Assembly (NCBI GenBank): GCA_031459625.1
Contig: JAVKIH010000014.1
Coordinates: 1-64,000 of the forward strand
From: Candidatus Geohabitans tengchongensis
GTDB lineage: Bacteria > Sysuimicrobiota > Sysuimicrobiia > Sysuimicrobiales > Humicultoraceae
Direction of reading: 5' to 3'
Length of the DNA stretch: 64,000 nucleotides
The position numbers and the translations under genes were made by a program. The notes below the pieces were generated by a model. The model made no database searches, had not been told where the DNA came from, and saw nothing but the letters and a program-made list of their open reading frames with translations. Numbering within the stretch: the stretch's first letter is position 1; each line of letters starts with the position of its first letter. This document shows, in pieces, positions 9,357-19,583 of this stretch.

Positions 9357-10592
9357 TCAGGTGGCCGGACGCAGCATCCGGCGCTCCCGGCCCTGCGCCA
9401 GGCGCCCTCGCTCTCCTGCGGCGCGGCCACCTCCTGCGGCGCGGCCGCCCGCCGCGGCACCGGCGGGCGCCTCGCCCGGACGGCGCGCGGCGTACCGGGA
9501 GATGTTGAGGAGGATGCCCACCCCGGCGCAGGTGAAGAGCAGCGAAGACCCCCCGAAGCTCATGAAGGGCAGCGGGACGCCCGTCACGGGCAGCACCCCC
9601 GTGGCCACCCCGATGTTCAGGACGGCCTGGCCGGTCACGGCGGCGGTGATCCCTCCGGCCAGCAGGGCGGCGTAGCGGTCCGGAGCCCGGCGAGCGATGC
9701 CGAATCCGCGTGCGGCCACGAGCGCGAACAGCGCCAGGACCGCCACGGTGCCCACGAGCCCCAGCTCCTCACCGACAATAGCGAAGATGAAGTCGGTGTG
9801 GCGCTCGGGCAGGTAGAAGAACTTCTGACGGCTCTCCCCCAACCCCAGGCCCAGCACCCCGCCGGAGCCCAGCGCCAGCAACGACTGGATGATGTGGAAG
9901 CCGCTGCCGCGCGGGTCCGCCCACGGGTCCAGGAATGCCAGGAGGCGGCGCACGCGGTAGGGCTCCAGCAACGCGGCGGCCCCCACCACCGGCAGGGCCA
10001 GGACGGCGGCGGCGGCCAGCCGCAGGAGGCCCGTGCCGGCCAGGAAGGCCATGCCCCCGCCAATGGCGGCCAGCATCAGCGCCGAGCCCATGTCCGGCTG
10101 GACCAGCACCAGCCCGCACCAGGTGGCGGCGAGCAGGACCGGACCGGCCCACTGCCGCCCGCCCGCATGCGCGGAGCTGCCCGGCCCCGGGCGCGCGGCG
10201 AGCACCTTGGCCAGGTAGAGCACCAGGACGAGCTTCGCCGCCTCGGCGGGCTGCAGGTTGAGCGGCCCCAGGGTGAGCCAGCGCCGCGCGCCGCCCGCGA
10301 CCCGGCCGACCCCCGGGACCAGCACCAGGCAGAGTGCCACGGTGACGAGCAGGAGCAGAAGGGGGGTCAGAGGGCGGAGGCGGGTGTAGCGGGTCGTGCC
10401 GGTGATCCCCATGGCCCCCAGCCCCACCACCGTCCAGAGGAGCTGCCGCTTGAGGAAGAAGGCGCTGTCCCCGTAGGCGTCCAGCGCCACGATGGCGCTG
10501 GCGCTGTAGACCATCACCAGGCCGAGACCCATGAGCGCGAGGACGGCGGCAAAGAGCCAGAAGTCTGGGGCGCGGCGGCGGATGGTCTCCAT
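9357..10592 (-). CDS. ftsW: Peptidoglycan glycosyltransferase FtsW (SEDS)
   Basis: GA.RW, QPAE..K, QPDMG, LPERHTDFIF, PVTGVPLPFMSFGGSS. Confidence 0.97.
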   Translation of the reverse strand: METIRRRAPDFWLFAAVLALMGLGLVMVYSASAIVALDAYGDSAFFLKRQLLWTVVGLGAMGITGTTRYTRLRPLTPLLLLLVTVALCLVLVPGVGRVAGGARRWLTLGPLNLQPAEAAKLVLVLYLAKVLAARPGPGSSAHAGGRQWAGPVLLAATWCGLVLVQPDMGSALMLAAIGGGMAFLAGTGLLRLAAAAVLALPVVGAAALLEPYRVRRLLAFLDPWADPRGSGFHIIQSLLALGSGGVLGLGLGESRQKFFYLPERHTDFIFAIVGEELGLVGTVAVLALFALVAARGFGIARRAPDRYAALLAGGITAAVTGQAVLNIGVATGVLPVTGVPLPFMSFGGSSLLFTCAGVGILLNISRYAARRPGEAPAGAAAGGRAAGGGRAAGERGRLAQGRERRMLRPAT

Positions 10593-10614
10593 GAGGTGCG
10601 GACAGGGTGTGTAT

Positions 10615-12267
10615 TCAGTTGCCTGTAACTTTCCCGGGTGCCCGCCGATCTCCTCCGCCGTCCGGGTCGGGCGCCGCCGGTCCCAGCTGCGGCAGGAGCG
10701 CCCGGAAGCGGTCGCCGCGCTCCCGGTAGTCGGCGAACTGGTCGAAGGACTCGCACCCCGGGGAAAGGAGCAGCGCGTCCCCCTCCACGGCCAGGCGCGC
10801 CGCCTCGGCCACGGCGGCCTCGAGCGTCCCCGCCCGCACCACCGTGGGGCGGCGGTCCACAGGCAGCGCATCGAGGGCGGCGGCCAGGACCGGAGCGGTC
10901 GCCCCGATGAGCAACACCGCCTTGCACAGCCCGGACGCCTGGAGCGCCTCGATCACCGGCGCGAAGTCCTGCGGTGCGGCCCCGCGGCGCCAGCCGCCGG
11001 CGATGAGCAGGAAGGGGCGGTCCAGCGCCCGGATGGCGGCGGCCGCGGCGGCCGGGTTGGTGGCGAGCGAGTCCTCGTAGGCGGCCACCCCGCCGAAGGT
11101 CCCCGCGTAGGTGAAGCGGTAGGGGAAGCCGCGGAAGCGGCGCAGGACGGCCGCCATCGCCTCCACCGGCACCCCGGCACAGGCGGCGGCCGCGCAGGCG
11201 GCGAGCGCGTTGGCCACCATGGCCGGCCCGGGCAGCGGCAGGTCGCGCACGGGCAGCACGGGGCGGGCGGGGCCGGCTTGGGCCGATGCGGCCCCGGCCG
11301 GACCGTCGGGGGGGCGGACCCACAGCCGCCCTCCCGCCACCCAGGCGCCACCCTCGACCGGCTCTGCAGCGCTGAACCAGGAGACCGTCCCCGCGGTCAC
11401 TGCGGCCATCGCCCGGGTGTGGGGGTCGTCCAGGTTCAGCACCGCGTGGTCGCCCGAGCGCTGGCGGGCCAGGAGGGAGGCCTTCACCGCCGCGTACGCC
11501 TCGAGAGAGCCGTGGTCGTCGAGGTGGTGGGGGGCCAGGTTGGTGACCACGCCGATGTGGGGGCTGTAGGTCACCTCGTCGAGGCGCGGGTCCCGGCCGC
11601 GCGGCGCCAGGTCCACGAGCTGCCGGTTGCTCACCTCCAGGACGAGCCAGGTGCGGGCGGTCAGCCGGTCGAGGGCGTAGAGCGCGGGGACGTGGGTGCG
11701 GTCGTTCCCCGAGACCACCACGGCCCCTCCCGCCTGGCGCACCATCTCCGCCACCAGCATCGCCACGGTGAACTTCCCGTTCGTCCCCGTCACCCCCACC
11801 ACCGGCCCCGGGGCCACCTCGAAGAAGAGGCGCGTCATCGAGGTGCACGGGATCTGCTCCCGCACCGCGCGCAGCGGGGCGTTCTCGGGGTGGCGGAACC
11901 AGGACTGGGGGAGGACGACCAGCCCGGCGTCCGCGATCCCCTCCAGGTAGCGGTCGCGGTAGCGCAGGGTGATCGGGGCTTCCAGCAGCCGGCGCAGGGC
12001 GGCCGCGCGCGCGTGCTCGTCCAGCCAGGGGTGGGTGCGGTGGAACGCGGCGGCGAAGGCCGCAGGGTCCGCGGCCAGGTCGTGCGCGGTGATAGGCCCG
12101 ACCCCCAATGCCAGCAGGAAGTCGATGACGGTGGACCCTTCCGTGCCGGAGGGGGCGAGCACGTGGACGGCCCGTCCGGCCAGCAGCCCGCGCACCCGGT
12201 CCAGGCGCTCCCGCAGCCGGGGATCGCCGACGCGGCCGAGGTCGAGGGGAGCCACGCGGGCGGACAC
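10615..12267 (-). CDS. murD: UDP-MurNAc-L-Ala--D-glutamate ligase, divergent
   Basis: GVTGTNGK, DS.ATN, LLSPGCESFDQF..Y.ERG..F; between mraY and ftsW; start approximate. Confidence 0.88.
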   Translation of the reverse strand: MSARVAPLDLGRVGDPRLRERLDRVRGLLAGRAVHVLAPSGTEGSTVIDFLLALGVGPITAHDLAADPAAFAAAFHRTHPWLDEHARAAALRRLLEAPITLRYRDRYLEGIADAGLVVLPQSWFRHPENAPLRAVREQIPCTSMTRLFFEVAPGPVVGVTGTNGKFTVAMLVAEMVRQAGGAVVVSGNDRTHVPALYALDRLTARTWLVLEVSNRQLVDLAPRGRDPRLDEVTYSPHIGVVTNLAPHHLDDHGSLEAYAAVKASLLARQRSGDHAVLNLDDPHTRAMAAVTAGTVSWFSAAEPVEGGAWVAGGRLWVRPPDGPAGAASAQAGPARPVLPVRDLPLPGPAMVANALAACAAAACAGVPVEAMAAVLRRFRGFPYRFTYAGTFGGVAAYEDSLATNPAAAAAAIRALDRPFLLIAGGWRRGAAPQDFAPVIEALQASGLCKAVLLIGATAPVLAAALDALPVDRRPTVVRAGTLEAAVAEAARLAVEGDALLLSPGCESFDQFADYRERGDRFRALLPQLGPAAPDPDGGGDRRAPGKVTGN

Positions 12268-12275
12268 GGGCGGGC

Positions 12276-13229
12276 TCAGAAGACCCCCACGAGCCCGACG
12301 AGCGCCGCCAGCGCGCCGAGCAGCCAGAAGCGCACGACGACCTGCGTCTCCGTCCACCCGCCCAGCTCGAAGTGGTGGTGGAGGGGGCTCATGCGGAAGA
12401 TGCGCCGCCCGCCGGTGGCCTTGAAGTAGGCCACCTGGGCCAGGACCGAGGCCGCCTCGGCCACGAAGAGCGCGCCCACCACGACCAGGACGAGCTCGGT
12501 CTTGGTGAGCAGCGCGAACGCGCCGAGCGCCGCGCCCAGGGCGTTGCTCCCCACGTCCCCCATGATCATCTGCGCGGGGTGGGCGTTGAACCAGAGGAAG
12601 GCCAGCGCCGCCCCGCTCGTGGCGGCGGCGAAGACCCCCAGCCCCTGCGCGTGGTGGTGGAAGGCGACCGCGGCGTACGCCCCGGCGGCCAGCGCCCCCA
12701 GCCCGGCGGCCAGCCCGTCCAGCCCGTCGGCCAGGTTTACCGCGTTCACGAACCCGACCAGGTAGGCGGTCCCCAGCGGCAGGTAGAGCCAGCCCAGCTC
12801 CACCCGCCCCACCCAGGGCAGCGCCACCGTCGAGCCGTAGGGGACGCGGGCCATCACGTAGAGGGTGACCAGGGCGGCCAGGGCGAGCTGTGCCGTCAGC
12901 CGCTCCCGCGCCCGCAGCCCCAGGTTCCGCCCGCGGCGCACCTTGCGCAGGTCGTCGACCAGCCCGATGGCGCCGAAGCCCAGGACCGTCACCACCGCGG
13001 CGGCGAGCAGGCTCGTGAGCGGCTGCAGCAGGGCGGCGGCCACCACCGCGGCGCCCATGAAGAGCACCCCGCCCATCGTCGGGGTGCCGGCCTTGCTCTG
13101 GTGGCGCGAGGGGGCGTCCTCGCGGATGGGCTGGCCGGCGTTCCAGGCGACGAGCACGCGGATGGTGCGCGGGCCGGCCAGCAGGACGAACAGGGCGGCG
13201 AGGCAGGCCGCCGCCGCGGCCCACCCCAT
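12276..13229 (-). CDS. mraY: Phospho-N-acetylmuramoyl-pentapeptide transferase
   Basis: KAGTPTMGG, NAVNLADGLDGL, MGDVGS, PLHHHFE. Confidence 0.98.
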   Translation of the reverse strand: MGWAAAAACLAALFVLLAGPRTIRVLVAWNAGQPIREDAPSRHQSKAGTPTMGGVLFMGAAVVAAALLQPLTSLLAAAVVTVLGFGAIGLVDDLRKVRRGRNLGLRARERLTAQLALAALVTLYVMARVPYGSTVALPWVGRVELGWLYLPLGTAYLVGFVNAVNLADGLDGLAAGLGALAAGAYAAVAFHHHAQGLGVFAAATSGAALAFLWFNAHPAQMIMGDVGSNALGAALGAFALLTKTELVLVVVGALFVAEAASVLAQVAYFKATGGRRIFRMSPLHHHFELGGWTETQVVVRFWLLGALAALVGLVGVF

Positions 13230-14722
13230 CAGGCGGGCGCGGAGGGCGCGCGGGCCCGGCGCAACGTGGCCACCACGCCCTCGAGGGCCATCGCCCGGGA
13301 GCCTTTCACCAGGACGACGTCGCCGGGCCGCACGAGGTCCGGGAGCAGCGCCGCCGCCGCGTCGGCGTCCGCCACGTGCAGGACGCGCGCGGCGGGAAGC
13401 TGCGTCCGCGCGCCGGCGGCCAGGGCCGCCGCTTCCGGCCCGACCGCCACCAGCACCGCCGGGCCGAGGGCGGCCGCCTCGCGCCCCACCTGCTCGTGGA
13501 GCGCGGGCGAAGCCGGGCCGAGCTCCTTCATGTCGCCCAGCACGAGGACGCGCCGGCGGCCGGGGGCGAGGTGGGCCACCACCTCGAAGGCGGCGCGCAT
13601 CGACTGCGGGCTGGCGTTGTAGGCGTCGTTCACGAGGACCAGGTCGCCGACCCGCTCCACCTCGAGGCGCATGTGCGGCGGCGCCGCCTGCCCGAGCGCC
13701 CGCGCGATGGCGGCCGGGTCCACCCCCAGCACTACGCCCACCGCCGCCGCGGCCAGGGCGTTGCGGACGTTGTGCGGGCCAAGTAGCGGCAGGGCCACCT
13801 CCACCTCCGCGTCCCCGCGCGCAGCCGGGACGCCCTGGTCTCCGCTCACCTCCGGCGCCACCGGCACCCGCCGCGCTTCCCCCGCGACGAGCAGATGGAA
13901 GCGCGTCCCCACCGCCGCATGGGCCACGCGGGTGGCGCGGACCCGGGCCCCCTCCGCCATCCCGTACCAGACAATCCGCCGCGTCCCGGCGAGCGCAGCC
14001 AGCCGAGGGCTCCAGGGGTCGTCGGCGTTCAGCACCGCCACGCCGTCTGCCGGCAGCCCCGCCACCAGCTCCCCCTTCGCCTCGGCGATCGCCTCCACCG
14101 ACCCGAGCAGCTCCAGGTGGGACTCGCCGATCGTGGTCACGACCCCGACCTGCGGCCGGGCCACCTCCACCAGCTCGGCGATCTGCCCGCGCCCGCGCAT
14201 GGCCATCTCCACCACCACGACCTCGGTGGCGGGCGTGGCGCGCAGGAGCGTGAGCGGCACGCCCACCTCGGCGTTCCACGCCTCCTCGGAGCGCACCGTG
14301 CGGAAGCGCGATTCCGCCACGGCGGCGGTCAGCGCCACCGTCGTGGTCTTGCCGACGCTGCCGGTCACCCCGACCACCCGCGCGCCGAGGCGGCGGCGGT
14401 GGGCCGCGGCGATGGCGCCCAGCGCCCGCAGGGTGTCCGCCACCAGCAGCACCGGCCCGCCGGCCGGACCGTCGGGCAGCCGGGCCGCCACGACCCCGGC
14501 CGCGCCCCGGGCGAACGCCTCCGGGACGAAGGCGTGCCCGTCGGTGCGCGGGCCGCGCAGGGCCACGAAGAGCTCCCCCGGGCGCAGCGTGCGTGTGTCG
14601 GTGGAGACGCCCGCCGGGCGCATCCCTTCCAGCGCCGCCATGGTCCAGGGTGGGGGCACCGTCGCCTCGGTGGCGCGCGCCACCTCGGCGAGCGTCAGCG
14701 TGAACCCGTCGGCTGTGGTCAT
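13229..14722 (-). CDS. murF: UDP-MurNAc-tripeptide--D-Ala-D-Ala ligase
   Basis: STDTR, TGSVGKTTT, EMAM, NDAYNASPQSM, LGDMKELG, KGSRAM. Confidence 0.97.
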   Translation of the reverse strand: MTTADGFTLTLAEVARATEATVPPPWTMAALEGMRPAGVSTDTRTLRPGELFVALRGPRTDGHAFVPEAFARGAAGVVAARLPDGPAGGPVLLVADTLRALGAIAAAHRRRLGARVVGVTGSVGKTTTVALTAAVAESRFRTVRSEEAWNAEVGVPLTLLRATPATEVVVVEMAMRGRGQIAELVEVARPQVGVVTTIGESHLELLGSVEAIAEAKGELVAGLPADGVAVLNADDPWSPRLAALAGTRRIVWYGMAEGARVRATRVAHAAVGTRFHLLVAGEARRVPVAPEVSGDQGVPAARGDAEVEVALPLLGPHNVRNALAAAAVGVVLGVDPAAIARALGQAAPPHMRLEVERVGDLVLVNDAYNASPQSMRAAFEVVAHLAPGRRRVLVLGDMKELGPASPALHEQVGREAAALGPAVLVAVGPEAAALAAGARTQLPAARVLHVADADAAAALLPDLVRPGDVVLVKGSRAMALEGVVATLRRARAPSAPA

Positions 14723-16257
14723 GCGGACCGGCCCGGGCGCGCCCCGGTCCCGGCAGGTCCGGTGGGGCCGGCGCCGCCTGCCCCCAGGCGGGCCCGCAGC
14801 ACCTCGCGGGCCACGGCCCGGTCGTCGAAGGGGTGGCGCACCCCGGCGATCTCCTGGTAGGGCTCGTGCCCCTTGCCGGCGATGACGACGCAGTCGCCCG
14901 GCCGGGCCTCGGCGATGGCCAGCGCGATGGCGGCCCGGCGGTCGGGCTCCACGGCGTAGCGCGCCGAGGGCACCGCACGCGCGCCTTCGAGGATCTCCTC
15001 GATGATGGCCCGCGGCTCCTCGCTGCGCGGGTTGTCGGAGGTGACCACCGCCAGGTCGGCCAGCTCCATGGCCAGGCGCCCCATGACCGGCCGCTTGGTG
15101 CGGTCGCGGTCGCCTCCGCACCCGAAGACCACGATGACGCGCCCGGGGGTGATCTGCCGGGCAGTGCGCAGGACGTTCTCCAGCCCGTCGGGCGTGTGGG
15201 CGTAGTCGACGACGACGGCGAACCCCTGCCCCTCCTCCACCGGCTCGAAGCGCCCGGGCACGCCGCGCACCTCGGCCAGCGCCGCCGCGGCGGTCTCGAG
15301 CGGAACCCCGAGGGCCAGCCCCACCCCCACGGCCGCCAGCGCGTTGGCCACGTTGAACCCGCCGCCGATGCGCAGCCGCGCCGGCACCCGGCGCCCCTCC
15401 GCCTCCAGGGTGAAGGTCGAGCCGTGCAGCTCCAGCTGGACGTCGCGGGCCGCGACCCATCCGGCCGGCAGTGCCCCCGGGGGGCGCAGCGTGAACCGCA
15501 GGACCGGCGCGCGGCTGGCAGCGGCCATCACCTCGCCCGCGGGGTCGTCGGCGTTCGCCACGGCGGCGCCGTCCGGCGCCACCATCTCGAAGAGGCGGCG
15601 CTTGGCGTCCCGATAGGCCTCGAAGGTCCCGTGGAAGTCGAGGTGGTCGCGCGTCAGGTTGGTGAAGACGGCCACGCGCACGTGCGTCCCCGCCACGCGG
15701 TGCAGCGCCAGCGCGTGTGAGGCCACCTCCATGGCCACGTGGGTGACGCCCTGGCCGCGCAGGTCGCTCAACAGCCGCTGCAGGTCGGGCGCCTCCGGGG
15801 TGGTGCGGGCGGTCTCCGCCGTCCCCTGCGGCCCCTTCACCCCCATGGTACCGATGACGGCGGGGCGGTGCCCGGCGGCGGCCAGGATGGCATCGACGAA
15901 GTAGGTCGTCACCCCCTTGCCGTTGGTGCCGGTGACGCCGATGACCACCAGGTCGCGGGAGGGGTGGCCGTAGAACGCGGCCGCAAGCGGCCCCAGCGCG
16001 GCGCGGGTGTCGGGGACCACGACCTGGGTGACGCCGTCCGGCAGGGCGAGCCGGCGCTCCACCAGGACGGCCACCGCTCCGCGGGCCACGGCGTCGGGGG
16101 CGAAGGCGTGGCCGTCGTGGGTAAAGCCGCGGATGGCCGCGAAGAGGTCGCCCGGAGCCACCTGCCGGGAGTCGTAGGCCAGCCCGCGCACCGGGCGGGC
16201 CGCGTCCCCATGGACCCGGGCCCCGTCCAGAGGGGCGAGGAGGTCCGTCAGGCGCAT
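14719..16257 (-). CDS. murE: UDP-MurNAc-dipeptide--meso-DAP ligase
   Basis: TGTNGK, MEVASH, NLTRDHLDFH, DYAHTPD, DNPR (mDAP-type motif), AGKGHE. Confidence 0.98.
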   Translation of the reverse strand: MRLTDLLAPLDGARVHGDAARPVRGLAYDSRQVAPGDLFAAIRGFTHDGHAFAPDAVARGAVAVLVERRLALPDGVTQVVVPDTRAALGPLAAAFYGHPSRDLVVIGVTGTNGKGVTTYFVDAILAAAGHRPAVIGTMGVKGPQGTAETARTTPEAPDLQRLLSDLRGQGVTHVAMEVASHALALHRVAGTHVRVAVFTNLTRDHLDFHGTFEAYRDAKRRLFEMVAPDGAAVANADDPAGEVMAAASRAPVLRFTLRPPGALPAGWVAARDVQLELHGSTFTLEAEGRRVPARLRIGGGFNVANALAAVGVGLALGVPLETAAAALAEVRGVPGRFEPVEEGQGFAVVVDYAHTPDGLENVLRTARQITPGRVIVVFGCGGDRDRTKRPVMGRLAMELADLAVVTSDNPRSEEPRAIIEEILEGARAVPSARYAVEPDRRAAIALAIAEARPGDCVVIAGKGHEPYQEIAGVRHPFDDRAVAREVLRARLGAGGAGPTGPAGTGARPGRSA

Positions 16258-16323
16258 CGTCTCCACATTAACACCGACCACGAGGTGGCGCGGGCCCGGA
16301 ACGTCAGCCGGTAGACGCCCAGG

Positions 16324-16495
16324 GTGGCGGTGCACAACGTCTACGCCAACCAGCAGGGGGCCGTGCTGCGCCGGTGGATCCGCGCCGTGCGGCGGGGCAA
16401 TCAGCTCATGCGCCAGGACAGGGCGGTGGCATCACCCACCTGCGGAAGCACTTCCCGCGGGAGGATCCCGCCGTGCTGGCGCTGGCCCTGCGGCC
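16324..16495 (+). pseudogene. Frameshifted remnant resembling the C-terminus of an ABC substrate-binding protein (NMT1/TauA-like)
   Basis: VLRRWIRAVRRGNQLMRQD continues in another frame as ITHLRKHFPREDPAVLALAL. Confidence 0.4.
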
Positions 16496-16511
16496 CTCCC
16501 CGTCATTCCTC

Positions 16512-17420
16512 TCAGCGCTTGGGCGGTGCGACGATCCGGTTGCGCAGCGTGCCGATCCCCTCGACCTCCACCTCCACCACGTCCCCGGGGTGAAGCCACT
16601 TTGGCGGTGAGAAACCCATCCCCACCCCTTCCGGCGTCCCGGTGGCGATGAGGTCCCCCGGCTCCAGGGTGAGCCCGTGCGAGAGGTCGGCGATGAGCTG
16701 GGGCACCGTGAAGACCATGTCCGCCGTGGTGGCCTCCTGCCGCCTCTCCCCGTTCACCCGCGAGCGGACCACCAGGCGCTGCGGGTCGGGGATGGCCGAC
16801 CGGTGCACCACCCAGGGGCCCAGGGGCGCGAAGGTGTCGAGGGATTTCCCCTTGAACCACTGGCCCCGCCCCCGCTGCAGGTCGCGCGCCGTGACGTCGT
16901 TCATCACCGTGTAGCCGAAGACGTACTCGAGCGCCCGGGCCTCCGGGATGTCCCGCCCTCGCCGACCGATCACGGCGACGAGCTCCGCCTCGTAGTCCAG
17001 CGCGGCGGTGGCGTCGTGGTGGACGACCGGCGCCTCCGGTCCCACGACGGCCGTCGGGGGCTTGGTGAACCACACCGGCGCGTCGGGGACGGTGCCGCCG
17101 CTCTCGCGGGCGTGGGCGGCGTAGTTGCGCCCCATGCAGAAGATGTTCTTCCGCGGCCGGGGGATCGGCGCCAGCAGGCGCAGGCCTCCGAGGGGGCGCC
17201 ACAGCCCGGCGGCCTTTCGCTGCGCGCGGCCCAGCGCCAGCAGCCGCCGGGCCAGTCCGAGCGAGCCGCGCTCGATGAAGGTGAGCAGGTCGCCGATGGC
17301 CTCATGCGCCCGGGCCCGCCCCAGCAGCCGGCGGTGGGCCCGCGCCACATCCAGCACCATCTCCCCGTCCAGCAGCCCCAGCCGCGGGACGCCGTCCTCC
17401 ACGTAGGTCAGAAAGCGCAT
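16512..17420 (-). CDS. Fumarylacetoacetate hydrolase family protein
   Basis: GRNYAAH, FTKP, DYEAEL, NDVTARDLQ, KSLDTFAPLGP, TGTPEGVG. Confidence 0.95.
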   Translation of the reverse strand: MRFLTYVEDGVPRLGLLDGEMVLDVARAHRRLLGRARAHEAIGDLLTFIERGSLGLARRLLALGRAQRKAAGLWRPLGGLRLLAPIPRPRKNIFCMGRNYAAHARESGGTVPDAPVWFTKPPTAVVGPEAPVVHHDATAALDYEAELVAVIGRRGRDIPEARALEYVFGYTVMNDVTARDLQRGRGQWFKGKSLDTFAPLGPWVVHRSAIPDPQRLVVRSRVNGERRQEATTADMVFTVPQLIADLSHGLTLEPGDLIATGTPEGVGMGFSPPKWLHPGDVVEVEVEGIGTLRNRIVAPPKR

Positions 17421-17470
17421 GGGGAGAAGATTCGGCCGGCCCTCCGCGCCTCCCTACTGCCGACCATTCC

Positions 17471-18451
17471 CTACTCCTCCAGGACCAGCACCTCGTGAGC
17501 CCTGGAGACCGACAGCGCCGGGCGCGGGCCGCCGGCCAGCGCGGCCACCGCCCGGTCCACGACCGCGCTGCCCAGGCCGTGACGCGGGGTGGGCAGGCGG
17601 GTGGGCGCACTCCACCGGCGCCCGTCGAAGAGCTCGACCGGTGCGATCGTCCGCCCCGGCTCCTCGCCCCCCAGCACCACGAGGCGTCCGCCCACGACAG
17701 CGGCTGTGTGCCCCGACCGGGGGATGGCGAGCGCGGGTCCCGGCTGCCAGCGGTCGGTCCGGGGGTCGTAGACGTCGACGCGGGAGAGGTTGCGGGCGTA
17801 GTTTCCGCCCAGCCGGCCGCCGATCGCGTAGAGGCGGCCGTCCAGCGCGGCGGCAGCCAGGTGGTCGCGGGCCACGGGCAGGGGGGCCAGGCGGGTCCAG
17901 GCGTCCCGTGCGGGGTCGTAGCGATAGTGGGCGGCCACGTCACCCATGCGGCCCACCCCGCCCACCACGTGGATCCGCCCGCCCACCACCGCGATCCCCG
18001 CCGCCCCGAGCGGCTCCGGCAGCGGGGCCACCTCGGTCCAGCGCCCGCCATCAAAAGCGAACACTCGTGCGCTGGGGGCGAAGCGCACGCCGCTGAGCCC
18101 GCCCACCACGAAGAGCCGGGCGGAGGCGGCGGCGGCCATGGCGTGGTGGACGGGATGGGGCAGCGGCGGGCCGAGGTGCCAGCGGTCCGTGGCGGGGTCG
18201 TACACCTGGACGGTGGCGGTGGTGCGGGCGCACCCGTCGAAGCCGCCGATCACGTAGACGCGGCCGCCCAGGACGGCGGCCGTGACCTCGGTGCGCGCCC
18301 GCGGCAGCGGCGCCCGGGCCGTCCACCGCAGCCCGGGCGCCTCCACCACCTGCGGCCGGACCCCCAGGGCGCGCACATACCAGAGGTAGAGGGCCACGAG
18401 TCCCAGCGCCCCACCGGCCGCCAGAACTCCGAGCAGGCGCAGCCAGCGCAC
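17471..18451 (-). CDS. Membrane-anchored Kelch-repeat protein
   Basis: N-terminal TM; six repeats with GG...YDP...W pattern. Confidence 0.9.
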   Translation of the reverse strand: MRWLRLLGVLAAGGALGLVALYLWYVRALGVRPQVVEAPGLRWTARAPLPRARTEVTAAVLGGRVYVIGGFDGCARTTATVQVYDPATDRWHLGPPLPHPVHHAMAAAASARLFVVGGLSGVRFAPSARVFAFDGGRWTEVAPLPEPLGAAGIAVVGGRIHVVGGVGRMGDVAAHYRYDPARDAWTRLAPLPVARDHLAAAALDGRLYAIGGRLGGNYARNLSRVDVYDPRTDRWQPGPALAIPRSGHTAAVVGGRLVVLGGEEPGRTIAPVELFDGRRWSAPTRLPTPRHGLGSAVVDRAVAALAGGPRPALSVSRAHEVLVLEE

Positions 18452-18454
18452 CGA

Positions 18455-18694
18455 CTAGGAACCGGCCTCCCGCTGCTTGTGGTCCGCAGTCAGGATGGCG
18501 GCGAGCTGGCTCGCGGTGATGTCCCGCACCACCACCCAGCGCTCCCCACCTTCCACCGGCTCCCGGCGGACTAACCCCAGGCGCTCCAGCGCCTCGGCCG
18601 CGGCCTCCACCTGGTCCAGGGACTGGAAGTGGTCGCCCTCCACGGCCGCCACGAGGAAGTCGTCACCCTGGCGGAAGAGCACAGGTTCGGTCAC
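18455..18694 (-). CDS. Hypothetical protein (79 aa)
   Basis: Protein-like composition; 3 nt from the Kelch gene start. Confidence 0.65.
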   Translation of the reverse strand: MTEPVLFRQGDDFLVAAVEGDHFQSLDQVEAAAEALERLGLVRREPVEGGERWVVVRDITASQLAAILTADHKQREAGS

Positions 18695-18752
18695 GGCTCC
18701 AGTGTATCGCTTCGGGCCGGCTGCCGGCGTCGACCCGGTAGCGGTCGGTGCC

Positions 18753-19469
18753 TCAGGGGAGCTGGGCCAGGAGGGTAGCGGCGTCGCGGGCGAAGGCGGT
18801 GCCGGGCGCCAGCGCCGCGGCGCGGCGGAGGGCCTCCCGCGCTTCGTCGTGCCGCTCCGCCATGAAGGCGGCCCGCCCCAGCCACAACCACGCCTCGGGG
18901 TCCGAGGGCATCAAGCGCGTGGCCTGGCGGAAGCGGCCCACGGCCGGGCCGAACCACCCGGCGCGGAAGAGGACCCGGCCATCCACCATCAGCGCCTGGA
19001 AGCGGCGTTGCGTGGGGGAGAGGGTGGCGGCCGTAGGCGTGGCCGCTGGAGCCTGCCGTGTGCTCCTGTGGGCGGAGGCGCTGCGGCCGGCCGTCGCCGA
19101 GGGCGCCGCGGCGGGCTTCCGAGCCCGGGCCGGTGGCGGAGAAGCCATCGAAGCCGGGCCGGTGGAGGGGCGGTGGGCCGCCGGGGTGTCCTGCGGGACC
19201 TGGCGCTCCACTCGCTGGGACATCGGCAGCGCCGCCGGCTCCCGGATGACGGGCGGGGCGATGCGCACCTCGGGACCGTCGCCGCGCTCCAGGGCCGTCG
19301 TGAGGAACAGGTCGGCGCCCTCCAGCGTGCGGGTGAGGAGGCTGGTCCCGCGCGGGCCTATCACCAACAGAACGGCCACCGCCGCGAAGGCCACCACCTG
19401 GAGGGCCAGCGCCAGGCTCCACCCTCCCGGAGCTCCCGGGTCTCTCGCCGCAGACGGGGCCGTGTGCAT
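18753..19469 (-). CDS. Membrane-anchored protein with Pro/Ala linker and C-terminal TPR
   Basis: TM segment, low-complexity linker, P.DPEAWLWLG...EA..AL..A..L.P TPR pattern. Confidence 0.75.
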   Translation of the reverse strand: MHTAPSAARDPGAPGGWSLALALQVVAFAAVAVLLVIGPRGTSLLTRTLEGADLFLTTALERGDGPEVRIAPPVIREPAALPMSQRVERQVPQDTPAAHRPSTGPASMASPPPARARKPAAAPSATAGRSASAHRSTRQAPAATPTAATLSPTQRRFQALMVDGRVLFRAGWFGPAVGRFRQATRLMPSDPEAWLWLGRAAFMAERHDEAREALRRAAALAPGTAFARDAATLLAQLP

Positions 19470-19583
19470 CGTCGCGCTCGCCAGGGGGTTTCACCTGAGG
19501 GTATGCCCGACGGGCGGCGCCGTTAGGCCGCCGCGCGGCAGCGCCGGGCGAAGAGCGCTCCGGGCCCGGGAGAGCGCCGCTCC

